DNA of 64,000 nt from Neocallimastix sp. 'constans' (lineage: Eukaryota): contig JBODTK010000116.1 of assembly GCA_050613775.1 (NCBI GenBank), positions 1-64,000 on the forward strand, written 5' to 3'. Numbering within the stretch: position 1 is the first letter of the stretch; each line of letters begins with the position of its first letter. A program made the translations under genes and the position numbers. Of the stretch, positions 12,642 to 27,500 are shown in pieces. The notes under the pieces are model-generated. The model was not told the origin of the DNA. It was given only the letters and a program-made list of their open reading frames with translations, and searched no databases.

Positions 12642-13897
12642 ATGGATGATCAATTAAAAATAAGTGAAACTAATAAAGAAAAAAACCAAATCATTGTAAA
12701 CAAAAAATATAAATTTAATTTATGGTATATAACGAATCATACAAAAGTATTTAAATGTACTGAATATAAAACCATTAAAAAATGTTAAATCATACATTAT
12801 TCTAAATGATAAATAATAAAGTAATAAAATATGAAAACAAACATACTCATCCAGGAAAAGAATATGATGCATCTGTATCAATAGTAAAACATAAAATGAA
12901 AAATGAAATTAGAAAAACCTCAATCCCATTTGATATAAATCCAAAACATATATATAATGAAATATCTGAAGAAATTGGATTGATATGCCCTGAATATAAT
13001 TCAATTAAATCCCAAATATCAAGATATATAAAAAAACAACTACCTCCTGATATATCAAAATTTAATGAAATTCCAGATGAATCTGAATATTATATAAACG
13101 AAAGAGATAAAAATTTTATGATATTCAAAAATTCTAATATTATAATTTTTCAATCACCATTCCAAACAGAATTGTTTATTAAATACAACGAAAATATGTT
13201 TGCTGATGGTACATTTTATATTGAACCAATATTTGGTTATCAAGTGTTTATAACAAGAATATATGCTCCAGAAATAAATAGTTTCTACACTACATCACTA
13301 TTTATATAAAATAATAAAGAACAAGCAACCTATGAATTGTTATTTGAAGAATTAAAAAAGAATGCAAGTAAATATAATAATAATATTATAGTTACACCAA
13401 AAAATTTTGCATTGTGATTTTGAAAAAGGTATCTCCAATGCTGCTATTAAAATATTTCCTAATATTACTATTAAATATTGTGTATGGCATTATAAAAGAT
13501 CGTTAGAAGTTCAAAAAAACAAATTATGTTATAATGAAGTTGAAAGTAATCATAAAATTTATTTGTATTATAAAGCTATTACAAAATTTCCATTTATAAA
13601 TCATGAATATTTGATATTTTTAATTATATTAAAATTATATGTTAAATATATAATTATTTCCATTTTTTAAATTTTTTGGAATATTTTAATAAGACTTATT
13701 TATATAAATATGATATTCAATATTGAAATTATTATAACGATATAAACCACATAACAAATAATGCTTCAGAATCTTTTAATAATTACTTAAAAAAATTGTT
13801 TTACAAAAAACCTTCTTTCTATGAATTGATTTATCATTTAAAAAGAGAAGAATCTTTATCCTACAATAATTACAAAAGGAAAATTGAAGGAGTTTGG

Positions 13898-13937
<40 letters not shown>

Positions 13938-14086
13938 AAAAGAAAAATATTAACAAAAACTGATGAAATCAATGATTTAATTAAAAAATACAAAAAAAGG
14001 AATTCGAATTAATTGATAAAATATGTGATAAAAATGATATCATTGATTTATGGTATAAATGTTTATTAGAATTAAACAAGCTCTAA
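12642..14086 (+). mobile_element. Mutator-like (MULE) transposase pseudogene
   Basis: Motifs FADGTF, HCDFEKGISNA, CVWHYKRSL and TNNASESFNNYL, with an N-terminal FKCTEYK...HTH zinc-binding-like region. Interrupted by stops and frameshifts. No clear TIR pair found. Confidence 0.85.
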
Positions 14087-14134
14087 ATTTATGAATAATT
14101 ATTAACTAGAATATATATAGTTTAAATTATATTA

Positions 14135-14392
14135 ATATCAATATATTTTATTAATATATTTTATTAATATCAATATCAATATATTTTATTAATATCAATA
14201 TCATTATATTTTATTAATATCAATATCAATATATTTTATTAATATCAATATCATTATATTTTATTAATATCAATATCAATATATTTTATTAATATCAATA
14301 TCATTATATTTTATTAATATCAATATCAATATATTTTATTAATATCAATATCATTATATTTTATTAATATAAATATCAATATTTAAATTTTA
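14135..14392. repeat. 50-bp (2 x 25 bp) minisatellite
   Basis: ttattaatatcaatatcaatatattttattaatatcaatatcattatatt at 14161, 14211, 14261 and 14311, plus partial copies. Confidence 0.9.
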
Positions 14393-15219
14393 TTAATAAT
14401 AAATATTTAATATTAAAATAAATTTTATTTTATTATTTAATTAATTTAATAATAAAATATAAGATTTTATTTATTTTATTTAAATAAAATAAAATAGAAA
14501 GGTTTTGTTATTAAATATTTAATAATAAAATATAATAATAAAATGAAAATTAATTAAATAATTGAAAATAAATAAAAATAAAATAAATTTCTTAACAGAA
14601 AACTTATTTATTCTTTTATTTATTATTTTTTTAGTTTTTATTTTATTTTTTTAATACTAAAATACAATAAATAAAAATATACGTTGAAAGTTGTGGCGTA
14701 TTACATAATTTATACGCATTGTACAAATATTTATACTGATTATACATAAATTATGTCGAAATGCACCACATTCTATAGATAAATCTTTTATATAAAAAAA
14801 AAAATTATCAAAGGTCAAATTAATATTTATTCCTTTTTTTTTTTTTTTTTAATTTTTTTAATTTATTCATTTCAAAATTAGTTTTTATTTAGAAGAAAAA
14901 TACAAAAATTTAGAAGAAAAATATTTCATACATTAATAAATTAAATAATTTTTTTTTTTTTGACATAAATTAAAGTAAATTTTAATTAGTATTAAAAAGT
15001 AGATTTCATTATTTAATTCGATAAAATTAAATTTTAATTATATTATTTTTTCTTCTTCTTTTGATTAGACGGTCAACGGTCAGCGGTTTAAAAAAGGAAC
15101 GGAACAAATAAATGATGAATTGATGAATGGAATGGAGTGAAGATGAAATGAATAAAATATAGAATATTGTATTTGAATTATTTATTATAATAGATCCATT
15201 CTTCTATTTTTTTTTAAAC

Positions 15220-15250
<31 letters not shown>

Positions 15251-16272
15251 TATTATTTTATCAATGATGATAATATTTTTTAAATTATTAAAAAATATTA
15301 ACAATATATTATTATTAGAGATATTAATATTTAACAGCAGTGAACAATACAAATATAAATTATATATATATAGGAAAATAGTATAGATAATAATTGATTT
15401 AAAAGAGAAATATGCTTTTCGAATGAGAAAATCCACCCTAAATAATATTAATACTAATAATAATAATAATATAGAAATAATAAAAAGTTATAAAGTAGAC
15501 AAATATAATAATGTAAAAATAATAATTTTAACTTTTTCGTTAAATTAAAAAAAAAAAAAAAATAATATTAATAAATAAATATATTAAAATATAATGAATT
15601 AATTCAGAAAAAAAAAAAAAAAAAAAAAAAAAGGTGACTTTTTTTCTTTTTTGGTTACTTTTATTAACAAATAAAAATTGTTATTAGTAATTATTAATGT
15701 TTTTTTTTTTTTAAATATTCTAATAATTTTCTAATATTAATAATTTTATTTTGATTAGAAAAAATGACCTTGTATTCAATGGTTTAAGGTTTAATAAATT
15801 AAAATTAATAAATAAAATATAATAAAATAAAATAAAATAAATAGTAAAATATTAGTATAAAGATTGAATAAAATAAAATTAAATAAAATTAAATAAAATT
15901 AAATAAAATAAAATAAAATAAAATAAAAATTAATAAAAAATACATAATAATAATTATAATTTAAAAACAAAGATAATTAATGATTTTTAACATATTTATA
16001 ATTAATATAAAATTTTTTGAATATTCTTTTATTAATTAAAAAAAATAATTGCAAAGTATTAATAGTAACAAAATAGGAGAAGGAAAATAAAAAAATTAAA
16101 GGAAATTTCTTTAAAATGTTTATTTACAATATTTCTCTTTTATGAAAATACAAACAAGATAAATATTAAATTTAATCAATTAATTAATTAATTATCTAGT
16201 TTATTTGTTCAATTGATTCTGATTATTCAAAGTCAATTTTATGAGTAAGGCCTCAATTTTATCTATTGATCA

Positions 16273-16308
<36 letters not shown>

Positions 16309-17250
16309 TTGTTGATAAGATCAATTACATGATGTTAAATAAATTATATAAATTATTTAAAGAAAAAAAGTTTTTTTCTGTCTTATATTTTACAAATTGA
16401 TAAAAAAAATTATATAAATCAAATGGTAATATTATATAAAATGATTTATAAAAATACAGAAATTAATGTTGTTTTAAATGTTTTAAATTTCGTTCTATAA
16501 TAAAATTTATTATTGAAAAGAGAGTTTAAAAAAGAGGGTTTAAAATTGACTTTTAATAAAGAATCGAAAACAACAAAATATTAAAATATAAAAAAAAAAA
16601 AAAAAAGATTTTTCTTTTTTTTTTCTTTCAAGGTATATTTAGCCATCATACATGCAGTTGGAAGCACTCTATCAGTAATTAAAAAAAAATTAGAATAGAA
16701 CAGATAGAATGAATATAAATTATTTTTTTTTTTAATTCTTTTTAATTTTAAATTTTTTTTTATATAAAAATTAACCTTTTAATAATTAATTAATAAATTA
16801 CTATTTATAGTATATTTAGTTTTATTAATTAATTATTAAAATCAACATCTATAAAAAATATTAAAGTATAAGAATAAAGAAAAAAAAATAGAACAAAAGA
16901 ATTTTAAATATTATATATATACAATATACAACAATATATATAAATAATAATATTGTATTATATAGGATATTATATAGAATTAATTTTTACACAATATACA
17001 CAATCATACGTTAATATTTTTAAATATATTTAATATATAATTTTATATAATTTTTTATATCTATTATATTCTATAATATATATTCCAAATATATAATTTT
17101 ATAAACTTGAATATAAAAATTATATATTAAATATATTATTCTAGGTGTATTGTTATTCTTCATAGAAAAAAAGAAAAAAAAGAATGGAAAAAAAAATACC
17201 AAAAATTTTTTTCATTTTGTTAATTATTAATACTATGATATTCTTTTTTT

Positions 17251-17283
<33 letters not shown>

Positions 17284-20200
17284 TTTAAGTTTTTATTTAA
17301 TTATTTAATTATTTATTATTTATTATTTATTATTTAATTATTTATTATTTATTATTTATTATTTATTATTTATTATTTATTATTTATTATTTATTATTTA
17401 TTATTTATTATTTATTACTATTTATTATTTATTATCCATTATCCATCACTTATTAATCATGGTCATAGCTGAATCGGATAAATAAAGTATATATATTTAA
17501 TATACAGAAAATAAAAAAAAAATTTATTTTAAATATAAAAAAGTTAATAGAAAACTTTTTTTATATAAATAATTATAATAAAATTTTAAACTATTTTATT
17601 TAATTTTATATTTATTCATTTAATTATTTAGTTAATTATCATTTATTTTTTATTCATTCATTTATTTGATTAATTATCATTTATTATTTATTTATTCATT
17701 TATTTTATATATATGTCAAATGAGTTCTGTTTCATTTTTTATCATATACTTTTAATATTACGGTATTATTAATATTTAAATACATACATGAAGTTCTATT
17801 GTAGAGTTCAATCAATCATTTATAATTTATGATATTCTATTGTCATTGTATAGTAAATGTTATATTGTGGAAGTTGATTGATAAAAATTTATATTGATTA
17901 ATAATATATATACTTAAATAATAAATAATAAATAATAGAATAATAAAATAATAAAAAAATAAAAAAATAAAAAAAATAAATAATAATTAATAAATAATAA
18001 TAAATAAATATTAAATATTAAATATTAAATAATAAATAATATAATAATAAAGAATAAAGAATACAGAATAAAAATTTTAAATATAAAATAATTATATAGT
18101 AAATAATATATTTGTATTAATAAATTAATACAAATATATATATTAATTATTAATAAAAATTGAAATTTATCAAATACAAATTAAGCGGAATTAAAAAGTG
18201 AATGTGTATGAAATTTCCCTTAAATCCTATGTACTTCTGTCATTTCGATAAGTTTTCTTCATTAACTAAGAAGAAAAGGTAGATATGGATTATTATTATT
18301 TACTTTGTTTAAATTTTCATATTTTTGATTATTCAATAATTAAAGTATATTTTATATCCTTTTCATGATATCTTATAAAAAAGAAAAAAAAACTTTTATT
18401 TGATAACTCTAAAATAATATTTATAACTATTAATCATAAATAATTAATAATCAAATCCTTTTATTTTTATAGTCTTTTCCTTTTTTTTTTTTTTTTTTAA
18501 AGTTTTTTTTTTATTTATTTAGTATTATTATTAATATTAAAATGGAACTATATTAATTAACATATTACGATATATGTTACAATTTATTAATTTAATTGAG
18601 TACATATATTTAAGCTATATCATCTCAATATATAATTATTATTTCAATTCTTTATAACTTATTACTCTTAAATACTGAGCAAACTAAATATAAAAAATTT
18701 ATATTATATTATCTAATTAATATTATTTGTAATATAGTGGACAATATATTTTAATATATTTGTATATAATGCCATTTATATATGATTTACAAGTAAATTA
18801 TATTGTATTAAATAAAATAAGTATAATAAATAATATTTTATATTTTATATATTTTATATTTTATATTTAAAATTTGAAATCTATTGATAATTAATTATTA
18901 AATAGTTTGAATTATTATTTAATAATTAATTATTAAATGTATTATCATAAGATTTAATATATTTTTGTTAATAAATTTTTTTTGGCTTTTAAAATTTCGG
19001 TACTTTTTACTTATATTTAAATCTTTGTATATTTTTGGTATACATTTATTAATTATTGATTATTGATTATTTACTATATTTATTATTTTTGTTATTTTTT
19101 TTAAAAGCCAGCCAATATATAGAATAATATATAATGAATATATTATTTTAAGTTTGTATGCAATGTTACAAATGCATTCACAAAATATTGTGCTATAAAG
19201 AAGGTTTAAAATAATAATATCATTTAAAGTTAATTTCTATCTGTACAGAATAATACAAAATAGGAAAATTAGAAAATAATCAAATTCTTTTCAGAAAAAA
19301 AATAATGTAATAGAATATTGTAATATAACTAAATATGGAAGATTAATAAAGATAAAATTTTTAAACTTCAAAACGATACAATTCAATAAATATTTTAATT
19401 AAAATTAATGGTTTATTTAGTTACACAAAATAAAAAGATTTTTTATAACTTAAATTAAATACATTTACACAATAAATAGAATAAGCTTTGAATAAATAAT
19501 ATATTATCTTATTAATTATATTGATTTACATATATTAACAATAATATTTTTAATATCACAAAAAATATTTAAAGGCTAAAATAATAAAAAAAATTTTTTT
19601 TATCTTATCCAATAGAATTAGAATTGAATAGTTATTGTTTTTTTTTTTTTTTTATTAAATTTAAATTTTCTTTTATTAACAAACTATATATCTAATTATT
19701 TTTTTTTCTTTCTTAGTTCAAGATTTAATATGAAATCAAATAATTATTGTTAATACTAAATCTAATATAAAAACTTTTTAATTATTTATTACTTCCATTT
19801 CATATTTAGTATAAATATTTTTATATTTTTTAAGCTATTAATTATTATTTTTATTAATGATTTTATAAAATTTTTTCTAATTATTTAAATTAATATTATT
19901 AATATTTATCTTAATCATAATTATGTAATAATTAATATTATTTTATTATTAGATATAATTATTTTTGTATTTTTATATAAAATATAATTACATTTTTTTT
20001 TTTTATTTTAATTATGTATATCTCATATGCATTATAATTATGAAATATATTGGAATATAATAGAATTGAATAGAATCTAGTAGAATTCAATATAATTTGA
20101 GAATATTGTATTACATTTATGTGAATTTGAAATGATTTACATATTAATTGCATTAATATATGAAGCGTATTATGGTGTAATATATACTATAGTATATTAT

Positions 20201-21325
20201 CAATTGTAATAATTATATATTTAAATAATAAGATATTATAATTAAAATTTAATAATATTATAATATAGTGTAATATATAAATATAAAATTTTTAATATTT
20301 CATTTAATTAAAATTTAATAACTTTAATTATATGCAATATATATCTATTATAATTATTTTCATATTTTTTTATTAAATTTTTATATAGTATAAAAGAAGA
20401 TAATAATTCCACAAGTTTATATTTTTATTTTTTTTCCAAATTAAAAAAAGAGCTCAGTATAAAAAAGTATATGTAATTATTATTATTTTGAATTGTAAAA
20501 AGAAATAAATGAAATAATAATAATTATTATTAAAAATTTTTAGAAAGTAAAAACTAAAAATAACTAAAAAATAAAAAAAAAAGAAAAACAAAGAAAAAAA
20601 AAAAGTAAAAAGAAATAAGAATTTTAAATAAATGTTGTATAAAAGAAAAAGTTGTAAATAAAAAGAAAAATATTAGTAAAAATATATATATAGTAAATAT
20701 GTATATAACACGAAAGTAAAAAAGTAAAAAAAAAAAAAAACAATACCAAAATTTTAATTATAGTTTATATTTATTTTAGTTGTTAAAAATAGTTTAATAA
20801 AATATTTATTTAATTTATTTTAATAATTACTCAAATTATTTATTTTTAGTATATTAAATTTTTTAGAAATTACATAAAAAAAATACAAATAATATTTACC
20901 AACAGTAAAATAAATACTTCTTATTTATATAAATAATATTTTTATATTTTTATTTAAAAAGAAAAAATTTGTATATTTTATTATTATTATTTATTTATTT
21001 ATTAAATTAAACAAAAAAATTTTTTTTTTTTTTTTTTTATAAATTCTTTGTTAATATTAATAAATATATTTTTTAATTAATATTTTTTTGTAATAGAAAA
21101 AAATGTTATTAATATTTAAGTTTATTTATTAAACAAGACAAATAATTAAAAAAAAAAAATTGTAAAATTATAAATAATAATAATAGTTATTTAATACTAA
21201 TTAATATTTTATCAATTTATTAAAGTAGTTGTAATATAAAATATTACTTGTGATTGTTTTAATTATTTATTAAAATATTTGTAAAATTAATTTTTAATTT
21301 GTAAAAGCAAAAACAAGAAAAAAAA

Positions 21326-22819
21326 ATGGCAATGGGTTGTAAATACTATTCTTATTTTTCTTCTAGAACCCCGTTTGATGATGTTCAAATTATATTAAAT
21401 AAGATAAATTTTGAAAAGTCAATATCAAAGTCATATCAAGAAAAGATGAAGTATCAAAACCTTTACAGTGCATCAAAAACTAGTAAAATAAGTAATCAAA
21501 ATGATTTTTGTACTGTAGGAGATCATAAGGAAAATGATTTTAATTTTGCTCAATACCAAGGTCAAATACAACTTAAAAAAGTGAATGCTTTTCATATTCA
21601 GCAACAACAAGAAAAATATCTTGAATATTTATTTGCAAAGGAAAAAAATTTAACAATGAAAAATCAAAACTCAAACAATATTAATGAATGGTTATTTACA
21701 AAATTTAATAATAACTATTCAGAAGTTTATTGCAAAATGTTTCCAAATGTAAATAAAAACCAAAGTCAAGATAATAAAATATTGAAGCATGCTTATTTGG
21801 AGGAAGATGACAAGAAAAAAACAAAAAGTTTAAAGAAAACAACTCAACAATTTGTATATCCATACTTAAATGAAAAATTAAAGCGTTGTAATTCTTTTAA
21901 ATATATGTATAATCATAAATTTAACGCTGAATTTTTAAGTAAATATGAACTAATAGATGAACTTGGTAGTGGGGGATTTGGTTTTGTTCTTTTAGCAAAA
22001 GAAATTGAAAGTCAAAAGAATGTTGCAGTTAAATTTATTTTCAAAAATAAAGTACCAAGGTCAGCTTGGGTTCCTGATGAAAAAGAAGGTTTTATTCCAA
22101 TGGAATGTTTTATAATGAAGCAGATTGATCATCCAAATATTGTAAAATATCTAGGTAGTTATTCTGATTCCAAATTATTTTATATTGTTATGGAACTTCA
22201 TGGTAATACTTGGGCCACTGATGATGAAAGCATCAATAACAATACTAATGGTGGCCAAGTGGAATATCAAAATTCAATGGATTTATTCGAATGTATTGAA
22301 TCGAGAGCCATGAGATTTACTGAAAAACAAGCAAAATATATTTTTAAACAAATTTTTGAAGCTGTATGTTATCTTTATAATCATGGAATCGTTCATCGTG
22401 ATCTAAAGGATGAGAATATATTAATTGATAAACAATTTAATATAAAATTAGCAGATTTTGGGGCTGCTTCTTATATAAGAAATTATCATAAAAATAATGC
22501 CTATTTTGTAAATAATTTTTTAGGTACTCTTGCTTATGCACCACCAGAAGTACTTAAAGGGGAACAATTTGGTACAATTGCTCAAGAAGTATTTTCTTTG
22601 GGTTCAATATTGTATTTATTGATTTTTGGTGAAATACCTTTCAGAAGTCCTGAAGAAACCCTATTTTCAAATAATATTTATATGAATGCTCCAAAAAATG
22701 TAAGTTGTTCTCAAGAAATATTGAATTTAATAGAATGGATGCTTCAAAAAAGACCAGAAGATCGTCCATCATTGAATTCAATATTAAATCACCCATGGAT
22801 GAAAAGCAAAACTATATAA
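21326..22819 (+). CDS. Ser/Thr protein kinase, PASK/PIM-like (CAMK group), intronless
   Basis: 497-aa ORF with GSGGFG, VAVK, HRDLKDENILID, DFG and GTLAYAPPE. The KDEN catalytic loop is characteristic of PASK/PIM kinases. Confidence 0.9.
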   Translation: MAMGCKYYSYFSSRTPFDDVQIILNKINFEKSISKSYQEKMKYQNLYSASKTSKISNQNDFCTVGDHKENDFNFAQYQGQIQLKKVNAFHIQQQQEKYLEYLFAKEKNLTMKNQNSNNINEWLFTKFNNNYSEVYCKMFPNVNKNQSQDNKILKHAYLEEDDKKKTKSLKKTTQQFVYPYLNEKLKRCNSFKYMYNHKFNAEFLSKYELIDELGSGGFGFVLLAKEIESQKNVAVKFIFKNKVPRSAWVPDEKEGFIPMECFIMKQIDHPNIVKYLGSYSDSKLFYIVMELHGNTWATDDESINNNTNGGQVEYQNSMDLFECIESRAMRFTEKQAKYIFKQIFEAVCYLYNHGIVHRDLKDENILIDKQFNIKLADFGAASYIRNYHKNNAYFVNNFLGTLAYAPPEVLKGEQFGTIAQEVFSLGSILYLLIFGEIPFRSPEETLFSNNIYMNAPKNVSCSQEILNLIEWMLQKRPEDRPSLNSILNHPWMKSKTI

Positions 22820-23212
22820 AATAAGTTAACTTTATATTCGCAATATTATCACCTCAAATGATTATCATTCGCATTAAGAAAGTAAATCAAAATCACATAA
22901 ACATGAAAAAAAATTTTTATAATGTAATTTTTTTTAACATTAATTTTTTCATTTCTTTTTTCAATGATATCCAAATATCAATGATATCCTAATACAAAAG
23001 ATTTGTTTTTTATTTTATTTAATTTTTTTTTATCTTTAAAAAAAAAAAAATAATAAAATAACATAAAAATATGTTGATAATTAATTATTGATATAAATCT
23101 TTTGTAAAAATTTATCTTTTAACCCTAGTAGAAAAAAGAAAAACAAAATTATTCATATAAAACAAATCGTAGTATACCTAAAACTATAACAAAAACAATC
23201 AACCAACCAAAC

Positions 23213-23257
<45 letters not shown>

Positions 23258-24149
23258 AATATATATATTGTAAATAATATTGTAGTCTTGTAAAAGAAAT
23301 ACCCTCATGTTCCATATTCATATCTTTATTTTAAATTTTCTTTTATATAAAATTATCTTTTTTTTTTATTATTTTATATATATATATATATATTTTATTT
23401 TTTAGTAAATAAGTGTATATATAGTTATATATATTATATATATACATTAATAAATAATTTTGAAAATCTTATCAAAACAATAATAAAACAATATCTATCT
23501 ATTTATTATCTATAAATATAATATGTATTATTTTATTTTTCCTTTTTTTTAAATAAAATTACTTTATCATAACTTACAAATACTTAACCTTAATTTATTT
23601 TATGAAATACATCTAATTTTATTGTATTATTTAGTTTTTTTATTTTTTTTTTATTAATAATTAATTTAATAATTAATAATTATTATAAATAAATTATAAA
23701 TTAAACAAAATCAATAAAATTATAAATAAAATATATATATTATACATAAATTTTTTAAAAAAAAAAAAAAATAAATAAATAAGTAATAAAATAAATTATA
23801 TACAATAGTTCGTGTTACATAAAAATGATTTTTATTAAATTCAAATCGTTCATTTTGTTTTTAAGAGTATAGAAATTCAATTTTTGATGATCTTTCTTGT
23901 TGTTCAAGGGAGAGTATAGTGGATAGCATACTATTTATTTTAAAGATGTTAGTTCTTTGTTTTATTATTTTAGATTTAACTGGTAATAGTAAGTTCCTCA
24001 TTAAAGGGAACTCTTCTTCTATTTTTGGTTATAATTCTGTTTTTCTTTGTGCTAATTCCAGCCTATATCAAGTGTACTAATTGCAGATTTCTGTGATTCT
24101 GATGAATTCGATGTTTATCCTTTCTAAGATGGCTTCTAGTACTAAGAAA

Positions 24150-24480
24150 GAAAATTGGAATACTATAAGACTGTTGAAAGTGAACCTGATGTTTTATATT
24201 ATTTTAAACTGGATATGTAGTAACATTAGAGTTGTATAATTTATAATATCATGTAGTTTCTTCATATTATCATTGTAATGAATCTATTGTATTTTTTACT
24301 TTAGCATTATTTTGTATATGTATTTTTCTATAGTATTATTTAAACTCTTATGTTGCTATTGTAAATTGGATATGTAGGAGATTGATTCACACCAAAGCTT
24401 GTGCTTATGACTCTTATTTAACTGATGGGAATCTTTTTTTAGTCTTTCAATAGTAACATTTTATTTACCCTTTCATTTTA
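24150..24480 (-). mobile_element. Possible highly decayed copia integrase fragment
   Basis: Minus-strand KLWCESISYISN resembles the copia LWxEAxxxAxYxxN integrase motif; otherwise unreadable. Confidence 0.3.
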
Positions 24481-24665
24481 ATTTATATATGATTAACTTT
24501 ATTGAAAATTATTACTTTAATCAAAGCTTTACTAAATCAAATAGAAAATCAAATAAATTAAAAAAAAAAAAAAATTATTCATTATAATAAAATTCATATG
24601 TTGTTTATTTTACTTATATATTTTTCAGTTTCTTCACAAAGAAAAAAAACTCATATTATTTTAAT

Positions 24666-24701
<36 letters not shown>

Positions 24702-24809
24702 TTCTATATTTTTTTTTTATATTTTTATTTATATTTATATTTCTTAGTTTTTGATATTTTAGTTTTTATTAATTTCATTTTTTAATCAATTTGTAATTTA
24801 TAGTTTATT

Positions 24810-26864
24810 ATGGATTCGTTGGGGTTCTTGAGGTGCTTCAACACGATTTTTAAACCATTATTCCTATGTTTTCAGAAAACAGGTGATTGTACCAATGATG
24901 CTAGAAATCCATGTAAAGTAGCACTTCCCAACAACAAATATTTCTAGTAAAGAATGGATCCAAATACGCCAGGTTGTAAAGGTATATATCTTAGGTATTA
25001 TGTCTCATGTCAAGCAGTACTTGAAGATAATTCCTATACTTATCTTGTTTCTTTAACAACATACAGTTTATTGAATCACTCTTAAGTGTTCTGTTAGTAA
25101 TGTCTATATTCCCACTAAGAAACCCTCATTACAAGTCTGATATGCATTTTCAGAAGTTTTCACATGACTTCAGAATCACACTAATCATCCATCAATTCTT
25201 CTTGAAGACTTTAACATGAGCACCGCTGATTTACAAGATAAATTAACGAACAGTAATCTTGGTAATTGGTTTATTCTTCCGATTAATGGTTTCTCCTATT
25301 TCATGGACTAGAGGTAAATATTCATCAGGTATTAATCTAGCATTAGTCAACTCAAGTATACTGGATAAAATATCAAGTGCTTATTTTGTTGATTATTTTT
25401 TTGTATCTGATCATAAACCTCTCATAGTTTATTGCAAGAAAACTACCACAGATGAATCATTTTTGTTACCATAAAAAAAAAAAAAAAAAAAAAAAAAATT
25501 GTTAGATGGGATCGGTATAAATGTCTTGAATAAAAGAAAGAAATATGTCATCACAATAAATTTGAGATTCTTAGTGAAGAAATAGGAAATGAAGAACTTT
25601 CAATAGATTGTGTAATTGAAAAGTTCATTTCCACTACTAATTCCATTGCTAATAATATATCGATTACATCTTCAACAGAAATCAGAAAAGCGAATTTTTA
25701 GAATGTCACGAAAAATTTATTATCTTCAAAAGGTAAAGCATATTAAATACAAGCAAATTAAGTGGTACAATGGAATTCATCAAAGCTTTGATTCCTTGTA
25801 AAGATGATTCAGAAGAATCAAGTGAATATAATAGTAATATTTCATCTGGCTTTAATTGTCTCAAAATCTTAATCAATCGTATTTGGAATGGTGATTTCCC
25901 AAAATCATGGAATAACTCATCGATAGTTTCTATTCATAAAGGGCGATTCATCAGATTGTAAATAACTATTGTTGCATCTCACTTATCAATAATGGATTAA
26001 AAATTATAGCAAAAAATCATAGATAATAGAATCTCTAAATATGGAATTGATGAAGGTTTTATAAGACCTGAACAATATAGATTTCGTAATCGAGAAGAAT
26101 GTATAAGTCTTTACACTTCAATAAGAATTATATGTCAGAGACAAAAATTTGAAAATAAGGATACTTACCTTGCTTTTTTGGACCATAAAAAAGCGTATGA
26201 TTCAGTGCCCATATATAATGTATTAATGAAGATTCATCACTTAGGCATTAGAGGTAAGTGCTATAAATTTATTGAAAACTTATACTTATCTTCCAAAAGG
26301 CTTGTGTAAGGGGTTGATGGGTAATTATTGGGATCATTTAGTATTAAGAAAGGAGTTCGTCATGGTTGCCCCCTCTCACCAATTTTATTTAACTTGTTCA
26401 TTAATGACAATTTTTAATAAATGTGATAAATATGAAATCTCTATTGGTGATAAACGTTATTGTGGAGGTCTTTTTGCAAATGATATTGTGTTATGTGCTC
26501 CAACAAAATCTCAAATTAAGAAATTTTTTAAAAATTTGAGAGTAAGTAGGCTAGGAATAATGAAATACAATTTAGTATCAATAAATCCTATCATACACAG
26601 ACATTAATTAATTCAGGATTATACTGGATTGAAGAATTTTCAAATGGAAATAGCTTTATATCCCTTTATTGTGTTTCTAAAGAACTTAACATACCTGCTC
26701 TTTCAGCGAAATGTGCGATTGCTCAGGTAAGGAGGTGTTTATAAAAATGGAAAAACTTGAAATGTATTATCTCTAATTTACTTAGAGATATATCGCGTTG
26801 TAGATGTCATGCATGGGATAAAGAAAGTGAAATTTTAACCGACAAATTGGATAAATTTCCATCG

Positions 26865-26904
<40 letters not shown>

Positions 26905-27500
26905 AAAGCAATTTTAAACTTTTACTGGGATAGAGATATGGCAGGAAAATCAAACATGGTTAAGGCTTATATGAAAAATTAAATTAAAGAAAACTAGAGA
27001 CTACCTAAAGCTCAACTTTAAGTATCCTTAATTTAGCATTGGTTCTTGATGGTTACTTCGTGCAAGATGTGGATATAAATTCGATACTTGTGTAGCCAAA
27101 AAGCTGCCAATATGATTGAAGAAGACTGTCCGGAAAGGTGTCCTCGTTGTTATAGAAAAAAATAGTAATCCTCGATTGGAACATTGGTTTTCTAAATGCT
27201 ATCTTTTCTGTGAATTTTGAATGAAATATTTTAAGGATATTGAAGATTGAAGTTCTTTATGAAAAATATTTTTATATTTTCTAAATATTGTCCTATATCA
27301 AATAGTAAAGTAAGCACAGTTATCACATATATGAATAATATAGAATCAAATACAGATTCTGATAGTAGTAACGAAGTATATAATATTAAAAATAATAACA
27401 ATAGAAATAATATTGCTAATTATAGTAGAATTAGTGAGAGAGAAAAAAGGAATATTAATATTAGTGATAGTGAAAATAATAGTTATCGAGGGAGAGTTTA
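24810..27500 (+). mobile_element. Degenerate non-LTR retrotransposon with APE endonuclease, RT and C-terminal Cys/His knuckle remnants
   Basis: ILLEDFN and VSDHKP (APE); RIWNGDFPKSWN, RPEQYRFRNREECISL, KKAYDSVP, GVRHGCPLSPILFNLFIND and GLFANDIVL (RT); CPERCPRC...H. Many stops and frameshifts. Confidence 0.88.

Noticed and set aside
14135..14392. Regular repeats considered as a CRISPR array
   Set aside because: No unique spacers, no cas genes, eukaryotic context; a simple minisatellite.
15065..15150. Small GC-richer island (GACGGTCAACGGTCAGCGG...)
   Set aside because: No ORF, structure or second copy found.
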